Shown piece after piece: positions 37,471-46,377 of a stretch of DNA of 64,000 nt. The notes under the pieces were generated by a model, which worked only from the letters and a program-made list of their open reading frames with translations, was not told the DNA's origin and did not search any database. Every line of letters begins with the position of its first letter. Positions within the stretch are counted from its first letter, which is position 1. Origin of the DNA: Candidatus Poriferihabitaceae bacterium (GTDB lineage Bacteria > Pseudomonadota > Gammaproteobacteria > Arenicellales > Poriferihabitantaceae); contig CBDFMY010000003.1 in assembly GCA_965249835.1 (NCBI GenBank), positions 737,979 to 801,978 on the forward strand. The letters are read 5' to 3'. The translations under genes were made by a program, and so were the position numbers.

Positions 37471-38664
37471 CTACCAGGCTATAACAAATTTCTTCCGCCC
37501 CTCATTCCACACCACCAAAAAATACCACAGCAACATTATGCCAATAACGGATGCGATTGACAATTTCCAACTCAAGATATCGGGCAAAAATACCGCGCTG
37601 CCGAGTTTCATCAACCACCCGCTTTGTTCCAGCCAGGTCCTGAACAGCGCGCCGGATAACGCAAAGGCGACGATGGCAACCCATAGTTTTATCTGACCTT
37701 CCCCGGCACGCCACAGGCAGCCGGTGGCACAACCACCACTAAATGACATGCCAACGCCGAAAATCACCCCGCCGGCAAAACTGCCGAACCAAAAACCAGG
37801 CGACACAGAAGCGTCCCAATCGCGCAGGTCGGTCCACTTCAGAATGGAAAAACCGATTACGCTGATTACGATGGCAAGAATTACCGCTTTGGTCATTGCG
37901 CCGTCTCCGGTCAGGAACGGCTCCCGAAAAGCTTTCACAAAACAGAAACGAGAGCGTTGCATGACGATGCCAATCATCAGCCCGAACAGCAAGAATCCAC
38001 CCCGAACCGGATAATCAAAGCGGTCGTAGACCAAAGCCAAAACCAAGCCACCGACCAGAAACAGCACACCCAGAATTTTTTGCCGTTGCAGCCGGGCAGA
38101 AGTCTGTTCCTTCGCTACCTTTGCGGGGGAAGTCGATGCGGAAAAATTGAGATAGGTAACTTCCAGAATGAGCAGGCGCAAGCCGATGTAAACGCCCAGC
38201 ATGAGGCCCAACATCATCGCCATCCCGGCCATCGACAACGCACTGATGGCGCTGAAAAACCCGCCGATGTTGCAACCAAATGCCATCGCCGCGCCGATAC
38301 CCATCAGCGCCCCGCCAACCAACCCCTTGAACAACTCAAACGGCGGCACTCCCCGTATTCGAAACTGCCCGGCGAGCAAGGCCGCCACCAGCGCGCCGGC
38401 AATCACGCCGAAATTCAACAAGGAAGTGGAATACAGATACGGCGAAATAATAACTTTGTCAGCGACCCCAAGGCTGTTGAACACCCAATCCCCCCAGTTT
38501 CTGACACCATCCGCCGCGCTCCAGGGTTTTTCAAAAGCGAATAACAAGATATTGGCCACTGCCAGCAACAGCCCCGCCACCCACGCCGCCCACTGCTTTC
38601 CGAACAACGCAACGCGCACGTTGTCCAGGGTAAGTCCGATGCCGTGTGTGCTGGAATTTGACAT
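37471..38664 (-). CDS. YeeE/YedE family sulfur-compound (thiosulfate-type) transporter
   Basis: The 397-aa ORF is polytopic and has two conserved FGCNIGG/SGGCATG-type cysteine motifs (AFGCNIGGF and FSGGCATGC). Confidence 0.8.
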   Translation of the reverse strand: MSNSSTHGIGLTLDNVRVALFGKQWAAWVAGLLLAVANILLFAFEKPWSAADGVRNWGDWVFNSLGVADKVIISPYLYSTSLLNFGVIAGALVAALLAGQFRIRGVPPFELFKGLVGGALMGIGAAMAFGCNIGGFFSAISALSMAGMAMMLGLMLGVYIGLRLLILEVTYLNFSASTSPAKVAKEQTSARLQRQKILGVLFLVGGLVLALVYDRFDYPVRGGFLLFGLMIGIVMQRSRFCFVKAFREPFLTGDGAMTKAVILAIVISVIGFSILKWTDLRDWDASVSPGFWFGSFAGGVIFGVGMSFSGGCATGCLWRAGEGQIKLWVAIVAFALSGALFRTWLEQSGWLMKLGSAVFLPDILSWKLSIASVIGIMLLWYFLVVWNEGRKKFVIAW

Positions 38665-38938
38665 TACTATCGGCTGGCTTTCTGAATGGTTTGAACCGAC
38701 AAAACCAATTAAAGTCGGTCTTTGGATTGTATTGAAACTCTCCTTACGACCACCACACTATTCTAGTGCCATGCCCAATCACAATACCTATAATGGGATA
38801 GAACGAACCATACTTGAGGAGTATAACTTCTCATTCCTGAAATGGACATAGCGCAGAAAAATATCCGAGGCTACGCCGACGCACGACCCGCGGCCTTTAT
38901 TTCCTCTGTCTCTCCTCACTCTTTTTGCACAATTCGCG

Positions 38939-39718
38939 CTAACTACACTTACTCTCCCCGCAGTTGAGGCAGGTCAGGCAGTTGTCCATGACGATCATGG
39001 CTTTGTTGTGACACTTGTTGCATAACACCGCGCCTTCGGGAAAAGCACTTTCGGTGTCGCTGGGGTCGGCTTTGATGACTTGCTGTTGTTCGAACTCCTT
39101 GCGCTTTTGATTGACCAGTCGTTGCTGGTGTTCGTCCAGGCCCGGGGAGACGATGAGGCCGATCATTTTCAGGTGGGATTCGATGGCGTCGCCGATTTCG
39201 GCCACCAGCGATGGAATGAATTTACCGCCCTTGCGGAAATAGCCGCCCTTCGGGTCAAACACGCTTTGCAATTCCTCCACCAGAAAGGTGACATCGCCGC
39301 CTTTGCGAAACACCGCCGAGACGATCAGGGTCAGGGCCGAAATCCATTGATAGTGATCCATGTTTTTGGAGTTGATAAACATCTCAAACGGGCGACGCTT
39401 TTCATATGGCGTCCCGGGGTTGAGCACAATGTCGTTAATGGTGATGTAAAACGCGTGTTCGGAAACCGGCGTTTTGATTTTGTAGGTGCTGCCGACCAGC
39501 ATTTCCGGTCGTTCGACCTTCTCGTGCATGTGCGCGATTTTGCCGATGCTGGCAACGGCATCACGGCTTTTGGGAGGCGCTTCGACCTGGGTTGCGGCTT
39601 GGCTCTGGGCTTGGTCTTCGACTTGGTTGTCAGCCCCGCCGTCGACCCTGTCATCAGCCCCGTCATCAGACTTGGCGATGTCGTAGCCGACAATTTTTTT
39701 CTGGATTTTTATGCTCAT
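38939..39718 (-). CDS. nrdJb: Class II (adenosylcobalamin) ribonucleotide reductase, C-terminal split subunit NrdJb
   Basis: The 259-aa ORF contains TYKIKTP...AFYITIND...RPFEMFINSK (a TSCPD-type domain) and a C-terminal CxxC...CxxC tail. It is immediately downstream of nrdJa. Confidence 0.75.
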   Translation of the reverse strand: MSIKIQKKIVGYDIAKSDDGADDRVDGGADNQVEDQAQSQAATQVEAPPKSRDAVASIGKIAHMHEKVERPEMLVGSTYKIKTPVSEHAFYITINDIVLNPGTPYEKRRPFEMFINSKNMDHYQWISALTLIVSAVFRKGGDVTFLVEELQSVFDPKGGYFRKGGKFIPSLVAEIGDAIESHLKMIGLIVSPGLDEHQQRLVNQKRKEFEQQQVIKADPSDTESAFPEGAVLCNKCHNKAMIVMDNCLTCLNCGESKCS

Positions 39719-39761
39719 GAGGTATCTCTTGGTCTGTTGTTTTTTGTTGATGTGAACGCGA

Positions 39762-41897
39762 TCAAAACCGGCCGTAATACCCTTCTTTCAATGCATCGAA
39801 CAAATTGGCGGCGGTGTGCGTTTCGCCATCGTATTCGATCTCTTCGTTGCCTTTGGCTTCCACGGTCTCGCCGTTATCCAAAGTGAACCGGTAGGTGGTG
39901 TTTTCCAAATCCGAATCCTTAACCAGCACACCCTGAAACACTTCCGGATTGAATCGAAAAGTGGTGCAACCTTTCAGCCCTTTTTCCCAGGCGTGTTTGT
40001 AGATGTCCTGAAAATCTTCAAAAGCAAAATCCGTCGGCACGTTGGCGGTCTTTGAAATGGAAGAGTCAATCCATTGCTGCGCCGCCGCCTGAACATCCAC
40101 ATGCTGCCTCGGGCTGACGTCTTCGGCGGTGACAAAATAATCGGGCAGTTGATTGCGTCGGTCTTTGGCCGACGGCGATGCATCGGGATTGATCAGGTAC
40201 CGATAGGCAAGCAATTCAAATGAATCCACATTCATTTTCTGCTTGGATTTTTTGCCTTCGCGAATCACATTGCGGCTATACCGGTGCGCGAACGATGGCT
40301 CGATGCCATTGCTGACGTTGTTGCCCAGCGACAGGCTGATGGTGCCGGTCGGGGCGATGGAAGTGTGATGCGTATAACGACAGCCACGCTCGGCGATGGC
40401 GGTGCGCAATTCCTGCGGAAACTGTTGCAGGTAGCGGCTGTATTGCCCCATCAGCACCGAGCCCTTGACCTGGTGGCCAACCCGGTAGCCGTCCTTTGCC
40501 ATCTGCGGGCGTCGCCCCAGCATTTCGGTGGTCACTTCAAATTCCTGTTCAAGAATCGGTGCGCAACCTTTTTCCTGCGCGAGTTGTATGCCGGTCTCCC
40601 AACCCACCGTAGCCATCTCTTTTGCGACCCGCTCGGTGAACTCAAGAGACGCCTCAGAGCCGTATTTCATGCGCAACATAGTGAGCGTCGAGCCCAGCCC
40701 GAGGAATCCCATACCGTGTCGACGCTTGGCGTGAATTTCTTCGCGCTGGGGAGGGAGGGGCAACTCGTTCACTTCCACCACGTTGTCGAGCAGGCGCGAG
40801 AAAATGGCAACCACTTCGCGGTATTTTTCCCAGTCAAAGCGCGCCTTGTCGGTGAATGGGTTTTCCACGAAACGCGTCAGGTTGACCGAGCCCAGCAGAC
40901 ACGCGCCGTACGGCGGCAACGGTTGCTCGCCGCACGGATTGGTGGCGCGAATGTTCTCGCAAAACCAGTTGTTGTTCATGTCGTTGATGCGGTCGATGAG
41001 GATGAACCCGGGCTCGGCGTAATCGTAGGTGGAGTTCATAATCACATTCCACAGCCGCTTGGCCGGCACCGAACTGTACACCCGACAGGCGGTCTGCCCC
41101 AGATCGTTGGTGGTGTAGTTGTCATCTTGCGACCAGTTGCGCCACACGATTTCATACTCGTCGCTTTCCATTTCGCGCCTGGTTGCCGGGAATGACAATT
41201 TCCACTCGGTATCATCCACCACCGCCTGCATGAATTCGTCGGTAATCAGGCACGACAGGTTGAACTGGCGCAACCGGCCGTTTTCGCGCTTGGCGCGGAT
41301 GAACTCCATGATGTCGGGATGGCTGATGTCAAAGGTGCCCATCTGCGCGCCACGCCGCCCGCCGGCCGAGGATACCGTGAAACACATTGAGTCGAAGATG
41401 TCCATGAAGGACAAGGGACCCGAGGTATACGCGCCGGCACCGCTGACGAAAGCACCTTTGGGGCGCAAGGTGGAGAATTCATAGCCGATGCCGCAGCCGG
41501 CTTTCAAGGTCATGCCGGCTTCGTGCACCGAGACCAGCACGCCGTCCATGGAATCCGGAACCGTGCGCGACACGGTGCAGTTGATGGTGCTGGTGGCGGG
41601 TTTGTGTTCATGTGCGCCGGCATTGGAGATGATGCGACCGGCCGGGATGGCGCCGTTTTGCAAAGCCCACACAAATTTCTCAAACCACTCCTGTTGCTTT
41701 TGCTTGCCGGTTTCCACCTCCGCCAGCGCCCGGGCGATGCGCTCGAAAGTGGCGTCAATGTCGGCATCCAGCGGCTTGCCATGCATGGTTTTCAAGCGGT
41801 ATTTTTTATCCCATATATCCCACGAGGCGGGTTGCAGTTCCAGATGTGCGGTGGTGTTTTCGCTGCTTTCGCGGGCGATAGCGTTGGCCAGTTTCAT
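39762..41897 (-). CDS. nrdJa: Class II ribonucleotide reductase large fragment NrdJa
   Basis: I chose the start at MKLANAIARESS. The protein contains SNAGA, GCGIGYEFSTLRPKG, NPCGEQPLPPYGACLLGS and TISL motifs. Confidence 0.85.
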   Translation of the reverse strand: MKLANAIARESSENTTAHLELQPASWDIWDKKYRLKTMHGKPLDADIDATFERIARALAEVETGKQKQQEWFEKFVWALQNGAIPAGRIISNAGAHEHKPATSTINCTVSRTVPDSMDGVLVSVHEAGMTLKAGCGIGYEFSTLRPKGAFVSGAGAYTSGPLSFMDIFDSMCFTVSSAGGRRGAQMGTFDISHPDIMEFIRAKRENGRLRQFNLSCLITDEFMQAVVDDTEWKLSFPATRREMESDEYEIVWRNWSQDDNYTTNDLGQTACRVYSSVPAKRLWNVIMNSTYDYAEPGFILIDRINDMNNNWFCENIRATNPCGEQPLPPYGACLLGSVNLTRFVENPFTDKARFDWEKYREVVAIFSRLLDNVVEVNELPLPPQREEIHAKRRHGMGFLGLGSTLTMLRMKYGSEASLEFTERVAKEMATVGWETGIQLAQEKGCAPILEQEFEVTTEMLGRRPQMAKDGYRVGHQVKGSVLMGQYSRYLQQFPQELRTAIAERGCRYTHHTSIAPTGTISLSLGNNVSNGIEPSFAHRYSRNVIREGKKSKQKMNVDSFELLAYRYLINPDASPSAKDRRNQLPDYFVTAEDVSPRQHVDVQAAAQQWIDSSISKTANVPTDFAFEDFQDIYKHAWEKGLKGCTTFRFNPEVFQGVLVKDSDLENTTYRFTLDNGETVEAKGNEEIEYDGETHTAANLFDALKEGYYGRF

Positions 41898-42065
41898 ATT
41901 TCTATTCCTCACGCGTAACGGGTTTCGGATAACAAATTGGTTATCCCCTGTCTTCGTTCCCGGCACCTTGCCTCTGTGGTCGTCCTCCGAGGGCGAAAAT
42001 TAGAAACTCCATTACTTTTTCCAGCCAAACTACTGTTTTAGGCGGAAAAACCTAACCCAGTCAAT

Positions 42066-42111
42066 CACTATATGTAGTGGCGAAATCCGAATATTATACC
42101 AACATGTGGGT
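42066..42111 (-). promoter_or_regulatory. Tandem NrdR boxes upstream of nrdJab
   Basis: The palindrome cactatatgtagtg (42066-42079) and the second box accaacatgtgggt (42098-42111) have centres 32 bp apart. This matches the known NrdR box architecture. Confidence 0.65.
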
Positions 42112-42159
42112 GCCGTCAAAGTTTTTTTGCACTTAATTCTTTCGGCTCAATCTTTCAAG

Positions 42160-42660
42160 CAGTTACGCCTGAAGGTGACCTGCGGTAGCCGGACCCGCCG
42201 CCTTTAATAGTCCGGCTATGCTGGGCAACACGCTTTTCGTGTCGTCATTCTGGCTCGAAAAACCGGCGGCGAAGCCGCCGCTATTTGCGCGGCTACGCCG
42301 CGTCTGGATCCCCGCCTGCCGGCGAGGATGACGAATTATAAGTAATGGTGAATTGAGAGGACAAAGGCGAGTTGAGATGCCAAAGCACACGAGAGAAAAA
42401 GTCTGGCTACGCCAGAGCACGTTTTAGTGTCACGCTTTGCGTGACAATTATTTACCATTGTCCTCTCAAAAGGACTCATTGCCTTCCGACTTACCATTGT
42501 CCCCCAACCCGTCATTGCCCGGCTTGTTCCGGGCAATCCAGTTATTAAATCAGCGGCGTTAGCCGCTATCATTACCGGCGGCGAAGCCGCCGCTATTTGC
42601 GCGGCTACGCCGCGTCTGGATCCCCGCCTGCCGGCGAGGATGACGAATACTGATTCTTTC
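42160..42660. repeat. Mosaic intergenic repeat block
   Basis: It contains two copies of cggcggcgaagccgccgctatttgcgcggctacgccgcgtctggatccccgcctgccggcgaggatgacgaat (about 42283 and about 42575). It also contains a 170-bp module (42344-42515) that is about 93% identical to 46004-46175. Confidence 0.9.
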
Positions 42661-42966
42661 GTTATCACGCCCACAGAAGTTTTGCTATTTACTCTATTCT
42701 CCCAATCACCAGAGCGTGCAGGGACGCACGCTGGCGCGTGGAAACAGGATGTTTCCCCCGCGCCAAAAGGGGGGTGCGGGGGGTATCCCCCTCGCAAAGC
42801 GCGAGCACGCGCAAGCGAACCTTTGCATATCAGCCACAGGTTACTCGGCGGCGTAAGCCGCCGCCAATGCCCTTCGCATACCACTGTCGTTTGCGGCAAA
42901 GCCGCCGACCTTCCCGCTTTGGGCGATAATCCGCCCCATAATGAAAACCAGGCAAGCAGCCATGCG

Positions 42967-43992
42967 TTATTCCAGCAACGCCAACACCACCACCGGACGC
43001 AACTCATTCAAGCAGTTCAGATGATCGAGCGGACATTCCCGCTGGAAGCAAGGGCTACATTCCAAGCCAAGGGTAAGGCGGTCGCTTTTGTCGGTCAGCG
43101 GCGGGGTGAAGGCGTCGCTGGACGAGCCGTAAATGGCGATCACATGGCAGCCAACGGCGGCCGCAATGTGCATCAGTCCGGAGTCGTTGGTGACCGCGTA
43201 TTTCGCCAGCGACATCAAATCAACCGCCTCGCCGAGGGTGGTGCGTCCGCAAAGATCGGCGCAGCGTCCCTGGCAAAGTCGGTTGATGTGCGCGGCGATT
43301 TCGCGGTCGTTTTTGGAGCCGAACAACCACACCTGCCAGCCGCGCTGCAATTGCCGATTGGCGACTTCGGCAAAATGCTCGGCCGGCCAACGCTTTGCCG
43401 GACCGTATTCGGCGCCGGGGCAAAGCGCGATGACCGGCGCATCGGTGGCAAGCGCGAAGCGCGACGCGGTCTCGGCAACCATCGCCGGCTTCACCGCCAG
43501 TGCCGGTTGGGGGATGTCGTCCAGGCCCGGTGGCGCGGCTTGTTTGCGCATACCGAGCGCGGCGAATTGTTGCACATTGAGCGGCATCACCCGCTGGTCT
43601 ATAACGCGAATATCGTTCAGCAACCCCCGGCGTTGCTCGCCGAGATAGCCGGTGCGCTGCGGGATTTTCGCGAACCACGGCACCAGCGCCGACTTGAACG
43701 AATTCGGCATGACGATGGCGCGGTCAAAAACCATGCTGCGCAGTTGGCGTCCGAGTCGGTATCTCACGCGCAAACCCAACTCGCCATGCCCAAGCGGCAG
43801 ACAAATCCGGTGCGCGACTTCCGGCATGCGCTCCAGTATCGGCATACTCCAGGCCGGTGCCAACACGGTAATTTCGTTATCAATCTGATTGGATTCAGAC
43901 GCACGCTTCAGCACTTTAAACAAACTTTGCGCCATCACCATATCGCCGACCCATGCCGGACCGACAATCAGGGTTTTTTCATGGTTCGCCAT
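42967..43992 (-). CDS. waaF: ADP-heptose:LPS heptosyltransferase II
   Basis: The 341-aa ORF begins MANHEKTLIVGPAWVGDMVMAQSLFKVLK and contains TNDSGLMHIAAAVG, which is GT9 WaaF-like. Confidence 0.85.
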   Translation of the reverse strand: MANHEKTLIVGPAWVGDMVMAQSLFKVLKRASESNQIDNEITVLAPAWSMPILERMPEVAHRICLPLGHGELGLRVRYRLGRQLRSMVFDRAIVMPNSFKSALVPWFAKIPQRTGYLGEQRRGLLNDIRVIDQRVMPLNVQQFAALGMRKQAAPPGLDDIPQPALAVKPAMVAETASRFALATDAPVIALCPGAEYGPAKRWPAEHFAEVANRQLQRGWQVWLFGSKNDREIAAHINRLCQGRCADLCGRTTLGEAVDLMSLAKYAVTNDSGLMHIAAAVGCHVIAIYGSSSDAFTPPLTDKSDRLTLGLECSPCFQRECPLDHLNCLNELRPVVVLALLE

Positions 43993-45541
43993 GCGCTGGT
44001 CGTATGGTGTTTATCACTTAGTTCAAATACATCCGTGAAGCATTTCAATTGCGCCGGCTTGTTGCGCCAGTCGTGTAGAAAACGCCGACGATCTTTGCGA
44101 TGTTTATGTATAAATATGCGCAATGCGCCGGGGATTTTTGATCGGATCGGCGCGGAAAAATCCTGGGTTTGATCGAGATCAATCAGCGCGATGTCTTGCT
44201 CGGTGACCAACAAATTGTGCGCATTCAAATCGCCATGGTAAATCCGCGCGCGGCGCATTTTTTCCAGCAACGCAACCAACCAACTCAATTCCAACTCGTT
44301 CGGTGGCTGATGCTGATACTTTTGCGCCGCCGTGGGGAACTGGTTGAACGCGCAAACAAAATAACTACCCAGCAGAAATGGCCCCCAGCGTTTTTCCACG
44401 AAAGCAATGGCGCCTGGTGTTTTGATGCCGCTGATTTTTAGCAGATGCGCGTTGCGCCAGGCAATGCGCGCCTTGCTGGTGCGCAAACAATATCGCAACC
44501 CGCGAACAATGGTCTTGCGGTTATAGCGTTTAATAATCACCCCCCCCCCCCCCCCCCCCCCCCGAATTTGGCACGCACCACGGTGGTGGAACGCCCATCT
44601 TTCACCATCTCGGCGCGCGCCATCCAATCATCCGGATTTTGGAAAAACGAAATCAACTCAGCGCAATGATACTTGCGCATCCACACCGCCGTTTGATGCC
44701 AACTTTTATGCACCGCGATTTCACTGCCAACGCGAAAACATTCGGCAAGATAACGATCCTTGCAACGCCGCCACTGGTGGTATCGCGCTTGCGCTTGCGC
44801 GCTATTTATATATGCCTTGATATACTTGAAAAACACGCCGCTGGCGGCACACCAGGCAATTACCAAACCGCGCCAGCCGTCAAGGAAACCCAACTGCAGC
44901 GCATAACTTTTGGCGAAGGTATAACCGGCGCGCAACACCACCAACGCGGGATGGAATACGCGCGCCTGCGGTGCCGCCAACTCGGAGTAATCCCGAATCT
45001 TGTCGATGCGAGCATTAAGATTGGCGGTAGTGTAATGATCGACTCCGCCGGCCAGCAGAATCTTTTTGCTATGCGCGTGCAGCACGATGCCTTCGTGTAC
45101 TTTGGCTTGGGAAAATTCGTGCCGGCGACGATCAAACAAACGCGGAATGTGATCTCGCCCCAAGCCGCCACGCTTGATGTGTTTGCCCATGAAAAAATTA
45201 CGCCGGTCAATTACGCCCAGGCGATTTTCATCGCCGTTGGTATCCCACAACGCCAGCGCATCGCACAGATCAACATCCGCAATTTCGTCCGAGTCGATCG
45301 AGAAAATCCAGTCGTGGGTGGCTTTGGTGACGGCATCTCTTTTCGCGTCTCCGAAGCCATTGAACTCGATTTCAAACACGCGCACATTGGCATATATCGC
45401 GGCCCGCGCGATGGTGTTATCGCTCGATCCAGTGTCGCACACCACGACTTCCTCGAAAACCGCCAACGCCTGCAAGCATTGATCTATGGTGCGCGCCGAA
45501 TCGCAAGTAATCATCACCGCGCTGATGTTTGGAATTTTCAT
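43968..45541 (-). pseudogene. GT2 glycosyltransferase fused to an LPS kinase (Kdo/WaaP/InaA family), out of frame at a poly-G tract
   Basis: ORF 44537-45541 encodes a GT-A domain (ISAVMITCDSARTI, SIDSDE) and the kinase N-lobe, ending ...TTVVRAKFGGGGGGGG*. ORF 43968-44627 continues as GGGGGGGVIIKRYNRK...YHGDLNAHNLLV...IDLD. One additional G would join them into a single protein of about 524 aa. Confidence 0.75.
44540..44563. repeat. Homopolymeric C24 tract (G24 on the coding strand)
   Basis: I counted it directly: c at 44540 through c at 44563. Confidence 0.95.
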
Positions 45542-45589
45542 GTTCTTGAATAAACTTCCCTACTCGTTTTGCGTTTAGTTTACCACGCC

Positions 45590-46240
45590 ATAAAAAGAGG
45601 TATCCGGGGTGGCCGGATACCTTATATTGTGTCATTTCTGCTAAAGCAGAAATGACGGCGTATTTAACTGGATTCCTGCTTCCGCAGGAATGACGGTCCG
45701 GGGCAAATGACGACAAGGGGCAAAGACGGGCTACGCGCAATTTCGCTCCCGCGCGAACTGTCCTGCACCGTATTTCAACTTAGCCCGTCATTCCCGCCGG
45801 CAGGCGGGAATCCAGAGTGGCGGCGTTAGCCGCCGGGACGCGCTCATACAGTAGCGGTAAGCAACAAACACCATCGCCTTGCCGTCATTCTCGCATCGAA
45901 CGGCGCGGCTTCGCCGCAAAGGAGTCCGGCTACGCCGGACGGCATATTCCACTGGATTGCCCGGCCAATAATAATATGGGCCGGGCAATGACAAATGATA
46001 GGCAATGGTGAATTGAGAGGACAAAGGCGAGTTGAGAGGCCAAAGCACACGAGAGAAAATGTCCGGCTACGCCAGAGCACGTTTTAGTGTCACGCTTTGC
46101 GAGACACTTATTTACCATTGTCCTCTCAAAAGGACTTATTGCCTGCCGATTCACCATTGTCCCCCCAGCCCGTCATTCTCGCCGCAGGCGGGAATCCAGT
46201 TAAATATGTCGTCCGGCGTAGCCGGACTCCTTTGAAAGAG
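45590..46240. repeat. Mosaic intergenic repeat block (dRS3-like ATTCC..GGAAT hairpins plus the 170-bp module)
   Basis: It contains the hairpins gtcatttctgctaaagcagaaatgac, attcctgcttccgcaggaat and gtcattcccgccggcaggcgggaatccag. The segment 46004-46175 is homologous to 42344-42515. Confidence 0.85.
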
Positions 46241-46377
46241 TGTGAGTCTCGCTTCAATATGCGCCACGAAAATAGGTGTCAATATCTGCTAAAATCTATC
46301 CGAAATCACCGCTTAAAGTATCTTGAACCTAAAGTAATTATTTAGTTCAGCCAACTTGCGGGCAAAGTGCCAATTTC

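Noticed and set aside
41898-42160. A cobalamin riboswitch in the nrdJ leader.
   Set aside because: I could not recognise a B12-box or the conserved riboswitch core by eye. The only clear elements are the NrdR-type palindromes. A covariance-model scan (Rfam RF00174) would be needed to exclude it formally.
42640-44172. A 510-aa plus-strand ORF.
   Set aside because: It runs through the intergenic repeat block and then antisense to waaF. The translation is Arg/His/Gly-rich and without motifs, whereas waaF on the other strand is unambiguous.
44540-44563. The poly-C/G tracts as possible G-quadruplex or structural DNA elements rather than coding switches.
   Set aside because: The tracts lie at homologous codon positions within two paralogous ORFs and translate as poly-Gly linking two halves of the same kinase fold. 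A coding slipped-strand switch, or a homopolymer sequencing error, explains them more simply.
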